Source: Isurus oxyrinchus (taxonomy: Eukaryota). Taken from it: a stretch of DNA of 64,000 nt. A program made the position numbers and the translations under genes. Every line of letters starts with the position of its first letter. Within the stretch, counting starts at the first letter, position 1. The notes beneath the pieces are model-generated. The model was not told the DNA's origin. It did no database searches and was given only the letters and a program-made list of their open reading frames with translations. The stretch covers positions 2,356,001 through 2,420,000 of the forward strand of contig JANJGN010000038.1 in NCBI GenBank assembly GCA_026770705.1, written 5' to 3'. Below are positions 40,580 to 53,180 of this stretch, piece after piece.

Positions 40580-41200
40580 TTCTTAAATACAGGGGCCGAA
40601 AGCGTTCACAGCACTCCAGGTGGGGCCCCACCGAATCCTGCATATTTGTAACAAGACCTCTCTATTTTTTAAACTGTAACCCCCTAGCAACACAGACCAA
40701 AATGCCATTTGCCTTCTTAATTACTTGTTACATTTGCATGTTAACGTTTTGTGCTTCGTACACAGGAACAATCAGAGTCTGCACGTTTTTGAAGTCTCTC
40801 TCCATTTTAATAATAGTCTGTCTTTTGATTCTTCCTACAAAAGTGAATGACCTCACACTTTCCAGCATTAAACTCCATCTGCCAAGTGTTTTTGCTCACT
40901 CACTCAACCTATCTACAACACCTTTTACATTCCTTATGTCCTTTCACAACATGTCTTCTCACCTATTGCTGTAGCATCAGCAAATTTGGATACATCACAC
41001 TCTGTCCGCTCCTCCAAGTCATTGCAATAGCTAATAAATAGTTGAGGTGCTAGGACTGATACTGTGGCACTCCATTTGTTGCGTCTTTCCAACGCTTCTG
41101 AAAAGGACCCATTAATCCAGACTCTTTGTCTCCTCTCTGTTATCCAATCCTCAATCCATGCTACTACATTTCTCTCAATACCACGGGCTCTTAACTTGTG
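40580..41200 (-). mobile_element. CR1 LINE RT fragment
   Basis: KLRARGIERNVVAWIEDWITERRQRVWINGSFS and VSKFADAT. Confidence 0.85.
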
Positions 41201-41204
41201 CAAT

Positions 41205-41328
41205 AAGTTCTGTCAAGTTCCCTCAAGTTCTGTCGAAGGGTCATGAGGACTCGAAACGTCAACTCTTTTCTTCTCCGCCGATGCTGCCAGACCTGCTGAG
41301 TTTTTCCAGGTAATTCTGTTTTTGTTTT
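41205..41328 (+). mobile_element. Short, young Penelope-tail insertion with a minimal hammerhead-like motif
   Basis: agtt-CTGTCGA-agggtcatgaggactc-GAAACGTC-aact followed by gatgctgccagacctgctgagtttttccag. Flanked by ttaacttgt on both sides. Confidence 0.7.
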
Positions 41329-41849
41329 TAACTTGTAACAGATGTTCCTCATCCCTGTCATTATTTCGAAAGCTATAAATTCCTTGCAAAATGTTCTTCC
41401 CAGAACTGGACTCAAATGCTCCAGCTGAGCCAAAACGTTCTTGTGTTTTTATCCTAGGTTGCTACTTATAGAATCAAACATCCTGTATGCCGATTTATAA
41501 ACATATGGGACATGTATTTTGCTCCTGCAATCCCATTACCATCATATCCTTTAATCGAGTTTTCTTATCCTTATTCTTCATTCAAAGATGATCCACTTGA
41601 CAGATAGCTACGTTAAAGTTAATCTACCAACTTGTATGCCCATTTTATAAATCTGTTTATGGCTTTTGGAAGTTCAGCACCCTCGTCACATTGGTTTGCA
41701 ATATTTCCAAGTTTTGTCACATCTGTAAGCTTTGAAATTATGTCACGTACACCCAAGTCAAAGCCATTATATATATCCAGAAAAAGGGTGCTGACACCAA
41801 CTCCTGGCGAAATCTTCCTCCAATTAGAAACATTTTTTGACTCGTAAGG

Positions 41850-42360
41850 TCACTTTTTAAGAATACCGATGTAAGAGGAAAACAGCAATTTATACTGCAT
41901 GTGAAGAGAGTGCTGATTGCTTGGCAAGTGGACTCCAGCAGAGGAATTGTCATGGAGAATGCACCAATTATGGCGACTGAAAGTTAACTCCCAAGCTTTG
42001 TTTGAAATTTTAGCTAGGCAGCTTGGCCTTGATTAGTCAATGCATTGCCTTGAGGAATGAGTCAGCGAATGGCTGTCACTTATTGTGTTTAGCTGAACCA
42101 GGCACAATGTGTGTGCATGTCTTTTCTGCTTGCAAAGAACAGGGCCCTGTGTATTAAAATATGCAGCGTCCAAATACATGCAAATGCAACATTCTGCAAG
42201 CCCAAATGATAATCTAAATTGGTTGTCAGCGTTATTCTTAGTGCAATTCATTTTTTTTAACAAATGTTCTCGAGTTCTGGAATCGCATCCAATGTTGAAC
42301 ACTGTAATTTGAGCTTTACCAGCATGGCCCGGCCGGTTGGATATGTTCTGTACTTTGCCC
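41850..42360 (-). mobile_element. Penelope-like element 3' end (GIY-YIG C-terminus)
   Basis: EHLL..NCTKNNADNQF....LDAAYFNTQGPVLCKQK resembles the C-terminal GIY-YIG segment of PLEs. Confidence 0.7.
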
Positions 42361-42361
42361 G

Positions 42362-42855
42362 TTTCGAGGTTCATTGAGCAGCAACATTTGGATGATTTAC
42401 GCCATTTAGAAACATTATATTTCCCTTTCTTACCGCCAAAGTGCACAACTTCACATTTGTGCACTTTGGGCTCCGATAGGAAGTCCATCTGTTGCCCTCT
42501 CCCTTAAGCTTTCGACATCAACTTTCAGCCTCCTTGTGTTCACCTCACAGCTTGCACCCGCACCTAGCATTGAATCGTCAGCAACTCAATTATTTTCCAG
42601 GTCTTTTCCGAAGTGATTAATGCAAATTGTAGCTGAGGCCATCATTGAAAGTTGCGGCACTCCACTGGTGACAGCCTGCCAGCCTGAAAGTGCCCAGTAA
42701 ACCGTATTATTTGCTTCCTCGACATTGACCGATCTTCTACTCATGCTAATGTATTCACTTCAAACCCATGAGTTATCATCTTACGAACTAACCTTTGTGT
42801 GGAATCTTGAGGGATTTAAGTTCGAAGTCCAAGTCTATGACATCAACTGGTATCT
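42362..42855 (-). mobile_element. Old CR1 LINE RT fragment
   Basis: KCEVVHFGGK in ORF 42033-42488. The reverse of gtccaagtctatgacatcaactgg encodes VDVIDLD. Confidence 0.65.
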
Positions 42856-45324
42856 AAAAGGGGGCAAAAACGATGTCACTATCATAACCCATGAAGATCC
42901 TCCCCAATCATAGCATAAATCTATTAATGAGTTGTTCAGAATTCTTAACAATCGATTCCCACAGTTCCTGGTGACCGAAGAAAGGCTCACTGTATTTCTG
43001 GTCGACATGTGGCATTTGTTTTTACCATCTCTCTCTGTTGAAGTGCAAATAATGTCTGTCTCTCCAATTCCAAACATCTTCCTACAGCTTATCTTCTTCA
43101 GGTTTTGCAGTCGACCATCTTCAACAGCTTTGTTTCCTCCACAAATTCGGCCATTGTTGTTTTGTCATCGAGCTTCGGGTAATTATTAACGGCATTAAAA
43201 AAAGGTTCAAATAAGGAGACTGTAGGATATCCACTTTAACAGCCCCTCAGGCCAATTCATCTCTGTATCCATGCCTTATAGGCACTATGCATCAACATGC
43301 TAGTAACCCCTTGAAAAATATATCCACTGATTCCAGCAACTGATTCCTTGATGAACTACGTACAAGGACTAAAAAAGCCAAGGGTATCACATCTATTAAA
43401 TGGACCCTACCTAGTGAAGTTTAATGATACAGACTCCCTTTCATGAACATATATCGACTATATATTGAGATAACTTTACATCCTTCTGTTCCATGGCTTT
43501 ATTTGCAGCAACGGTTGCACAGCATTACACACTCTGAACATCAAACTCATTACTTTGTACTTTCCTGGATCAAATTTGCATCTGCTTTTCTGGAGCACCA
43601 ACCACTCTTTAATAGTCAGGGCTTTCTCTTTGATTTGTGTGCGGCACCCTGCAGGTTGCTTACGTATTTGCATAAGGAAGCTCGATTAAATTTAAGTGGC
43701 CACTTAGGTCGACGAATCAGAATTGAATTTTGGACAGCTGTTCATCAACCATGTTGATCGCAATGTGACCTGAGTCACAACGATTCTCTGACACGCTCTA
43801 TAAAAAAAAGTCATTTTTTTAATCCATGGAGATGTTTTAAATATCTGCACGAAATTCGCCTATTCCCACTTCTCTACTAACAGTGAAAGAATATATTTCT
43901 GGGTCGCAATTACTTTTGATTGAAAATTTGTCTGTCTCAATATTCCACACCAATAACATGAAAAAAATACAGTATCAATTTATTGTGCTCTCTTCGGAGA
44001 GTGTTTCTATATGCACGAGGAAATGCTGGACACATTTCCTCGGCTGGATAACATCTCGGGATTGAGAACAAAAAAACAGTTAACTGTTTCAGGTCGATGA
44101 GCTATCAACGAAACTGAAAAGTGTTAGGGGAGTTTTATGGACGTGCTGATTGGACTTTCAGTCAACATGCGTGGACTATTCAGTGGACATATTCGTGAAA
44201 AATTTATCTTGGAACATTTAATCAGTTGAAATTTCCCAATCATCTGCAAATGTTGCGGCATTTATCTCAATGGGAATTCCTTGATTTTTGAAGCACGACC
44301 ATTCTGGATGACCCCGAGTCTTAATCTCATTTAAGATAATAATTTCCAACCAGTAGATTTCCTCGGCTTAATCTTCCTACCAAATTACACCACTTCAATC
44401 TTGTTCAGAATCAAATTACTTTGCCATTTATCCTCACGAGTTTTTGATATTCTTGCATTTGGTCACATTTATCCTTAGCATAAGCAAAACCTCAGCCCTT
44501 CCTAAATGAGCGTGGTACGCAAATGTTTTATACTATACTTCCCAACACTGAGATCAGCTCATTCAAGTCCATTGTGGTAAATGGTGGCTAAAGTTGCTAT
44601 CCCCATGGGTTATCGCTCCTACTTGGCACCCGTAGTAATAACTATATTCAATTCCTGCGCTCGGCTTTTCTTTTCTGTTTGTTTTATTTTGGTGGGAGCG
44701 GTTAAAAAACCACTGGGGATATCTGGACTTTTTAAGTAAGTTATTCATGGTGACCTGTGTATGCACAAGCTGAACACGTGGTAGAAGCAGACTGGATAAT
44801 ATTTCTTCCAAAAACGAATCACTATTTAGAAAGGAAAATAAATTACTATGAGAAAGAGCATTGGAACCGGACAAATGGAATAGCACTTTCAGGAACAGGA
44901 ATAATGCGTGTACTGGCCTCCATCTGTGCAGTGCAATGCTAAGCTTTGTTATCCATTTAGCTACCGCAAAACTGAAATAAAATATTAATAATTTTATCCT
45001 CAATTAAATAAACGGCTATAAAATGGTAGGCAAACGTGCACAAGTCAAAAAAGCAATGGCCTAAACATAACAAAAGGCACTGGATGCTGAAGACGTGAAT
45101 GTTCCGATGAAATGGCGTCGCCGTGACACCTTGGCTTTCCATCTTTCTCCTCGTGAGTGTTATCTGTTTCTATGTAATAACAGGTACTTTCACATGGATA
45201 AATTCCAGCTTTATTCTGACATCACATAATTTTTAATGTATTATCTGATTTCTTGTCGTTATTTTTTTTTTGCTGAGATTAATTGAGGTTCCCATTGGCC
45301 AACCCCTCGGTAATATCCGTGTAG

Positions 45325-45452
45325 ATTCCACAGACCACATCTGGATTGAAGGCTATGAGGACGATAACGGAAACATCTGGACAAAATCTCTAACATTCAT
45401 CGTCCTGTTCTTCCTGAGCATTTTCGACAGCATTGCCGTCACTCTGGTAAAG
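45325..45452 (+). pseudogene. Orphan immunoglobulin heavy-chain transmembrane exon TM1
   Basis: Acceptor gtgtag|at and donor aag|gtgaga. Encodes DSTDHIWIEGYEDDNGNIWTKSLTFIVLFFLSIFDSIAVTLVK, matching the membrane-Ig pattern (acidic spacer, N.W...STFI.LF.LS.FYS..VTL.KVK). The conserved Tyr is replaced by Asp. Isotype (IgM/IgW/IgNAR) is unresolved. Confidence 0.88.
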
Positions 45453-45592
45453 GTGAGAAGATTCAATCCACTCATGCTACAATCTGACAGAAGCGGTCTG
45501 AAAATTTTCTAAACATTTCAACAATTAAAAGTAATAACATAAATGCACCTGATCATAAATATCTGCTTCATTATTGTCTCCTTCTTTTACAG

Positions 45593-45601
45593 ATGAAGTG
45601 A
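45593..45601 (+). pseudogene. IgH TM2 exon (MK*) followed by 3'UTR
   Basis: Acceptor cttcttttacag|atgaagtga, 140 nt after TM1, giving a KMK* tail equivalent to the canonical KVK*. Confidence 0.8.
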
Positions 45602-47046
45602 TCGGTTGAATTTGGACCTCGTAGCTTTTCCTCAGCTGTTTTTTCAGGTCTCTCTATTCCAATATAAAATCTGTTCTCTTGGTGATTCTAAAGGTGAAAT
45701 GTCTTCACTTTGTGATCCCGAATCTGTAACCGAACCTGTAGCAGTATTTCCGATTTCATGTATGAAAGGTGTGAGATGAAAATGGTTGTAATGTAATTGT
45801 AGCATCTAATTTCCCTGGAGTTAGGATTTGAATTGTAATTAAGTAACGTTTTCATTCGTTATTCGTTATTACCCCCTTCCCTTTCCTTTAAGCCTCAGTT
45901 TTCTCTTTCTGATCTATGTTCCAGTGGTACATACAATTTACCAAATCAGAGCGCATGTGTTCTGTTCCCAACGTGACCTCAGGCATTATATTCACTTCTG
46001 TTAACTTTAAAATAAACTTTCTTGTGAAATATTCTCTGATATTACTAATAAAATGGAATGAAAAGTGGACTAACTGTGACTTTGCTGGATTCCTTTCTCC
46101 AAGGCCCATTCACACCGCTCCATTTTCCCTATTACACATTTCTCCCAGTTTTACCAGTCTTGTCTGGGATCTGTTTGCACCGAAGACCTCATTGGGCCAC
46201 CCATCGCTCCATCCGTGTAAGGAGACCTTTACCTCTGCCTGTTTCTGGCTATTGCCCGAGGTGGAATGATTGAACAGGGAGGGTCACCTCGGTGACTTCA
46301 CTCTGGGCGGTCACAGACACATGTCTGGCAATTCTAAACTGTAGGGTTCGGCTTCAAAGGAGGCTGATATAGGACAGGAAATTGGAGCAGAAAACATCCT
46401 GTAAAATACCCCATCAAACACTCCCACCGTTGGTGCAATCAGGGTCAGAAAATTGTTCAAGATCCCTCTGCAATGTCCGATTAAACACTTTGAAGTGGGG
46501 ATGCCACAGGCTAGATATATAACACAGGCAGAATACGGAGCACAAACCAAGGGATGTTTCCAGGGGCTGGGGCGTGTCTGGCACTGCTGTATTATTAAGT
46601 ACAAATCCTGCAAATTATTACATAGCATTAGGTCTATTGGACATACGGGGGTGGGGGGTGGGGGGGGGGGGGGGGGGGGTGCGGGGTGGGGGGGGGGGGG
46701 GGGGTTCAAAACCGCCAAAATACTCAAAGATGGGGTCCAACTTTATGCTGCAAGTAACCATAAACATGGGGCTTGTTCACAGATCCTGGGGCCGATCGGA
46801 TACTGAGACACTGGCTTTCCATTTTCTCTTAAATACACAAACAGACGCAGCCTGCACCTCGCCCTGCCACACCCCTTTCCGTTCAGCATATACATGGTCC
46901 TTATTCCAGTAAACACAGGCCGACTCTCCACTTCCACCTTTTCTGTTAAATCCATTAGCGCTGTCATTCTCCCTTCTGCTTTGATAATGAACTGTATTCC
47001 TGATCAGCTCATTCCTACTGATACCATCTCCCTGAACTCGCTGGAC

Positions 47047-47277
47047 ATCACCCCAGGGGTGAAAACAGAAAACGCTGGAAATATCAGCAGGTCTGATAGA
47101 ATCTGCAGAGGCAGAAACAGATTCTCGATTCGGTATGACCCTTCCTCAGCTGAACTCGAAAGGTCAACTCTGTTGCTCTCTCCTCAGATGCTGTCAGGCC
47201 TGCTGAGTTTTTCCAGCAATTTTATTTTTGTTTCAGAGTTCCAGCATCCGCAGTATTTTGCATTTATCACCCCAGGG
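47047..47277. mobile_element. Palindromic mini-element made of two inverted Penelope tails, with a 12-bp target-site duplication
   Basis: atcaccccaggg at 47047-47058 and 47266-47277. The left arm aacagaaaacgctggaaatatcagcaggtctg mirrors the right arm caggcctgctgagtttttccagc. Confidence 0.8.
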
Positions 47278-47599
47278 ATTTCGTTCTACCTGCCTCATCG
47301 TTTCGTCAGACGAAACTTCAGAGCCTCCCGATCACGGGAATAACAGCAGAAGTTTCTCTTCATATCTTGCTATCTTCCAATATCATCCATCTGAAACTGC
47401 GCCACTTTTCTCCAATTCCTCAGAGTTCAGGCGTGAGGTTCCATGTTGTTGAATAAAGGAAGGGTTAGGCAGAGAAAAATTACCTACACATCTTCAAGAC
47501 TCGGAATGATATTTATGAATGAGTGGAGTTTTTGCTTAAACCCTGTCTCTCTCCCAATCTCTCTCCCTTCCTCTACCGCAAAGCCCATCAGGACATCTG

Positions 47600-47845
47600 A
47601 ATCAACAACAGAAAAAGTTGGAAAATCTCAACAGTTCATAAAGCATCTGTGAAGAAAACCACAGGGTTAACGTTTCGAGCCCGCATGATTCTACTTCGGA
47701 GTCTTCTTATCTGAACAAAAGTCATAAAGACTCAAAACGTTAATCCTGTCTTTATCTCCACAGGTGATGTTGGACATGCTGAGGTTTTGCAGCATTTTCT
47801 CTTTTAGTTTTAGATTTCCAGAAACCGCAATATTTAGCTTTTACT
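47600..47845. mobile_element. Second palindromic Penelope-tail mini-element
   Basis: The left arm acagggttaacgtttcgag mirrors the right arm ctcaaaacgttaatcctgt. Same architecture as 47059-47265. Confidence 0.7.
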
Positions 47846-47959
47846 GTTCAGGACTTCCCTCCTCTCATGGCTGCATTTTTTTTAACCGCTGTCATTGCAC
47901 ATGGGATTTGGGAGTGGCTTATTGATGCAATATAATGGGGATAAAACAGTAAGGCAGAT

Positions 47960-48840
47960 TATTATTTAGAAATCTGCCATTCTCTGCTTTAAACATACTC
48001 AATGATTGTACTTCCACAGCTCTCCGGGATGCAGAAATACAAACATTCGCAAACCACTGAGTAAAAAACAATTCTCCTCATGTCAGTCCTAGTGGCTTTA
48101 CCCTTATTTTGAAATTGTGTCCCCTGTTTCTAGATTCCCCGACCAGGGGAAACATCTGACCTTCATTTACACTTTCTTCCATTCAGGTGTTTTGTTTGTT
48201 ATAATGAGATCTTTTTGCTCATGTTTGGAAACTCTGGAGAAAACAGGTCCAGTGTCCCCAATCCTTCTTCACAGGACAGTCACGCCATCCCTGATGCAAA
48301 TCTGGTGAGCCTTCGATTCACTCCCTCAATAACATTGACTCCCTTCCGAATGTAAGGGGGCCACACCTGCACATTGTACCCCAGGGGTGGCCTAACCAAG
48401 ATTATATACAAAGGAAATGAGAATTCACTATGGCTGTATTCAAATCCACTTGTGAGAGAAGCTAACATTCTTTTCGCCTTCCTAAATGCTTCATATGTAT
48501 GCCAGGTTTCAGAGACTTATTGATGAGGGTACACAGGCCCCCTTGTACAGCTACATTTTCCAGGCTCTCACGTTTTATGAAATAATCTGCACCTCTGTTG
48601 ATCCTACCAAGCTGGTTAACCTCACATTCTTCCACGTTAAATTTCATCTTTCCTGTTCTGTCCCCCTCACCAAGTCTGTCCAAATCGCCTTGAAACCGTT
48701 TTTCACCTTCCTCACAATACGCGTTCCCACCAAGCTTTGTGTCATCCTCGAACTTGGAAATATTACATTTGGCGCTCATATCCAAATCATTCATGTGTTG
48801 TGAACAGCTGGCTCTCAAGTAGTGAGCCTTCCAATTGCCC
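47960..48840 (-). mobile_element. CR1 LINE 3' fragment
   Basis: ISKFEDDTKLGG, FQGDLDRL, LVRPPLGY.VQVWPPYIRK. Confidence 0.88.
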
Positions 48841-49758
48841 ACTGGCCAGATGCTGACAAAGTTTGATATTTCACTCTATACTCCATCACCCCCACCACCC
48901 CCACCCCCACAACAAAAAACACACACGTAGGTCGCCGGCGCCCCTCACCCCACACCTCACACTTTGAAATGACATGCTTCAGTTACTGCTGCAGCAGCAG
49001 GAGTCCTTTGGATCACGTAAGAGTGTCACAACACTGATGGAAGCCCTTGAAGCATTAGTCTGTTTCTCGCTACACAAAAGTAGCGAGGGCTGCTGATTAT
49101 TCCCAGCATTGCTGTTTTTTATTTCAGTTCCGAGCACATTGGCCTCCCCTCTCTCTCCTCTCCTGAACATACTTTTTCCAGATGAATTCAGGGGACATTT
49201 GAATTGACGAATTTCACTGGAACATAACTTGTGCAGTGGAAATAAATCTTTATTTGAAACGAGGAGACTTCCCGCTCCGAGATACTGTGACTGTTCAGCT
49301 CTAAAAACACTGGAATAAAATCACAGAAAGATTTTGAAAAGCTGCAATCACTGACTTTCGAACCTCTGAAACCCACCCTCCCATCTGCAGGTTGGTCTGA
49401 AATGTTTTGAACAAGATTTCCCTGTGATGCTGGAGACACTGCAGCATGTCCGCCCCTGGACTGTCACCTGCCCAAGTGGCCTTATCCTCCAAAGCCCCTT
49501 TCGATAATGACATGGAACTCGAGCCTGGTGGGTGGGAATTTCACACACCAGGCCCAAGGACAACAGGAGAGTTGGAATAGCCAGGAAACCAGCAGGACAA
49601 ACAGGACTGAGGTAAATTACTTCCCAAATGCACCGTTTCTGTTAGTCATTGAATCCTGGCGGTGAAAGATGAAAACTGGCCTCACCCTGTGCTCATCACC
49701 GAGGTGAAGAGATTGGGAATAAAACAGGGTCAACTCGTATTGATAATGGATATTCTTG

Positions 49759-50660
49759 TCACTGTTTAATACATTTAAAAATTACAGAAAAGGGATATTT
49801 CACCACATTCTTCAGCTCATTTCTGAATTGAGTCTGGGTCACTGCATAAATGGCCGTGTTAGTGCAACAACTCAGGAGCTGAAATATAAATCCCAGTTCC
49901 TGCACAAACCTAGGAAGGTATACAGGAATAGCATCTAACACATATAGCCTATTACAAACAGAATTTATCATAAAAACTAACCACAACAGGATAAAATTCC
50001 CCGATATAGCAAACAGTAAAATGATGGATTTCCTGCGTTTCTCCATCTGTGGGTCCCTGGGTCTCTCCCCACTGCAGTGAGCCCGGAGTCTCCTGCGGGC
50101 TCTGCTCGACACTAAAATATATCTGACAGTTAAAGCGTTCAACATCAAAATCAAAACAAATGGCACAAATGGTGTTAAAATATAATGAAGACATTCGATT
50201 GCTGCCCACATTGATGAGAATTCAGCATCCGTCACTAATGTGCAAAACCAAGGAGCATTGGAAAGCGAATAATGACCTACATACATAATATACCAGAATG
50301 AATCCTTCACACAGAATAGCAGACTGACTGTTCCGAGAACCACAGCCGCCGTATGCTGGGTGCAATATTTTGTTTTCAACTTCTGGGAACAAATAGCCAG
50401 AAATCTATCAAAGGTGAAAGAGACTGTGAACCAGACAGAACAATCTGTGGCTGCATAAAGCAGGACTGCATGGATATTACACACTTTAAACCTCCACATG
50501 AACTGAAACTGAGCCCAGTAAAGAATAGCAATTTGCCTGAATATGAGATCAAGGATAACGACCAGTAGATCCGCGGTTGCCATGGACACCAGGTAAAGGG
50601 AAACACATTTTGAGAGACCGCACCTTCCCCGAGACAGTGTCACAATAGTCAGTATGTTCC
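49759..50660 (-). CDS. GPR139-like class A GPCR copy F, exon 2 (intact; 332 aa with exon 1)
   Basis: Acceptor ccttacag|ggaac. Open frame with RGRCGLSKCVSLYLVSMATADLL, CSVWFTVSFTFDRFLAIC, LTPFVPFVLILMLN and CTNTAIYAVTQTQFRNEL. Confidence 0.93.
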
Positions 50661-51399
50661 CTGTAAGGAAGAGAAAGGCAGGATAGTTATTTAACTTAGA
50701 GCAAATGTTACAGACTGATGGAGTGACATTTGAACAGAGTTATCCAAGGTCAGAATCTAATTACTTTACCAATGTTTGAGCTTTACGCTGGAGGGAGTGT
50801 TTCGAGTTAAACACCATCCTGTTGTAGCAGGAAACCAAATCCTGCAGCAGGTCTCATCGCCACTTCCCTAAATTATTCATGGAATTCGGAGTGAAAATCA
50901 CTCACCCCATTATTAGTCCTGCTCAATATCCCATGAACATGCTGCAAACTGCATCACAACGATATGTAAGAAGGGCTGTGATTTGTACTGAAGGAAAGTG
51001 GTTCATTTATTTTTGAGAAGACATTTGAGTGGAACATTAAGGTTGTGTAAAGAAGTAAATACAGATTTGAATTCAGAAATTGTATTTCAAATCAGGATGT
51101 CCAAATGTGCCTTCCTGATAATTATTGCCTTCGCCAAAAGGCACAATGAACGTTTAGACTGTATCCCAGTAACAAATAGACTCTCGAAAAGAAATAAAGA
51201 ACAGGGAGGTAAATGGATCGCTAGACTGAAGAAAATAAATTAGAGATTGAATCAGAGCTGGCCAACACGAAGGAACAGCAGAGAGTGGCAGCACCCAAAA
51301 TTCAGGCTGGCTAGCAGGAGAGAATTTACCAATGGATCTAATGTCTGTGTTTTGGGCCAGGAATTAAATGGGCCAGTGGTTGGGAAATGAAGTTGTTAC

Positions 51400-51900
51400 A
51401 TAAGAATGCAAGAACTAGGAGCAAGAGCAAGCCATATTTCTCTTTGGTCAACTCTAATGTTCATTAAACCCATGGCCGTTCTTCGAATTCTACTATCCAA
51501 AACTATCCCCATTTATCTTAATGGCCTTAGAGCACAAAAATCTACCGACCAACAGCCCTCGAGAGTTAATAATTCCGACGTTTCTCCACTTTCTCAGTGA
51601 AGAAGATTCTCTTCATCTCAATTCCAAATGGCCAACATTTTATCTCAGGGATCGAGTTCTCGACTCCCCACCTAAGGGAAACATTCTCTCAGCATCAATG
51701 CTATGAGGACACTAAATTATTTTGTATGACTCGATGAGATAATCACACATCCTCTAAATTTAAGAAGATGCATGTCAAATTTGATTGATTGATTGATTAC
51801 TTAAGTATATTTTTCCTTAGGCAAGAAGGCCAAAACTGTACACATTAATCGATATGTTTTCTCACCAATCACATGCATAATTCTATCAAAAGTTCCTTAC
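51400..51900 (-). mobile_element. Old CR1 3' fragment inside the copy F intron
   Basis: cataagaatgcaagaactaggagcaagagcaagcc is a reversed CR1 tail, followed by degenerate CR1 sequence. Confidence 0.55.
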
Positions 51901-51949
51901 TCGAATACAGGGAAGACTGCCATTTATTATCCTATTCACTTGCTATATT

Positions 51950-53180
51950 GCTGTATCCTAACCTCATTACAGCTTTGTTTCAAACATGGAAAAAGGAGCT
52001 GAACTCCCGGGGGGAGGTGAGAGCGGCTGCCCTTGACATCAAGGCAACATTTGGCAGAGTGTGGCATCAAGGGCCCCTAGCAAACCTGGAGTCAATGGGA
52101 ATCAGGGGGGAAATCTCTGCTGCTTCGAACCATACCTAGCAGAAAGGATGATGGTTGTGTTTGTTGGGGGTCGATCATCTCAGCGCTAGGACTTCACTGC
52201 AGCATTCCTTCAGGGTACTGTCCTCGGCCCAACCATCTTCAGCTGCTTCATCAATGACCTTCCTTCCATCACATAGTCAGAAGTGGGATGTTCGCTACTG
52301 ATTTCACAATGTTCAGCGCCATTAACGACTCCTCAGGTACTGAAGTAGCCCATGCTCAAATGCAGCAAGAGCTGGACAATTAGCAGGCTTGCGCTGACAT
52401 GTGGCAAGTATCTTGTGCACCGCTCAAGTGTCAGGCAATGACCATCTCCAACAAGGGAGAACCCAACCATCGCCCTTTGTCATTCAATGGCATTAACATC
52501 ACTGAATCCCCCACTATCAAATCCTGGGGTTTACTATTGACCAGAAACGGAACTGAACAAGCCATATAAATACTATGGCTACAAGAGCAGATTAGAGGCA
52601 AGGAATAGTGCGACGTGTAACTCACCTCCTCACCGCCAAAGCCTGTCCACCATCTGCAAGGCACAAGTCAGGAGTGTAGTGGAATGCTCCTCGCTTGCTT
52701 GGATGGGCGCAGCTCCCAGAACGCTCAAGAAGCTTGACACCATTCAGGGCAATGCATCTCGCTGGATTGGTAGCACATCCAAAAATATTTACACACTCCA
52801 CCACTGTTGCATAGTAGCACCAGTGGGTGCCATCTACAAGATGCACTGCAGGAACTCATCAAGGCTCTTTCAGCTGCACGTTCAAACCCCGACCACTACC
52901 ATCTAGAAGGAGAAGGGGAGCAGACAGATGTGAACACCACCAAACGGAAGTTCCCCTTCAAGTCACTCACCATTTTGACCTGGAAATATATCGCCGTTCC
53001 TTCTCTGTCGCTGGGCCAAAATCCTGGAATTCCCTTCAGAACAGCACTCTGGGTGCGCCTACACCCCGAAGACTGTAGCAGTTCAAGAAGGCAGCTCAGC
53101 ACCACCTTCACAAAGGCAACTAGTGATGGGTAATAAATTCTGGCCCAGCCAACGAAGCCCATTTCCCATGAATGGATAAT
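51950..53180 (+). mobile_element. CR1/L2-group LINE RT fragment with 3' tail (in the copy F intron)
   Basis: ALDIKATFGRVWHQG, QGTVLGPTIFSCFINDL, LDTIQG, IYKMHCRNS, and a tail ending cccatgaatggataataataa. Confidence 0.9.

Noticed and set aside
42848-42935. Ig constant-domain-like tail (W..GGKNDVTIITHEDPPQS*HKSINE) 2.4 kb upstream of the TM1 exon
   Set aside because: It lacks the invariant Cys, has no splice donor or secretory tail, and abuts a CR1 fragment. It may be chance; tBLASTn with shark CH domains would decide.
44680-44760. JH-like segment (tgttttatt, 22 nt, cactggg, then YLDF.....MVT)
   Set aside because: The WGxG core is absent, the RSS match is poor, and there is no splice donor. 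A J 570 bp before TM1 would also be out of order.
46311-46912. Poly-Pro/poly-Gly ORFs (also 10167-10427 and 61774-62175)
   Set aside because: They arise from G/C homopolymer runs.
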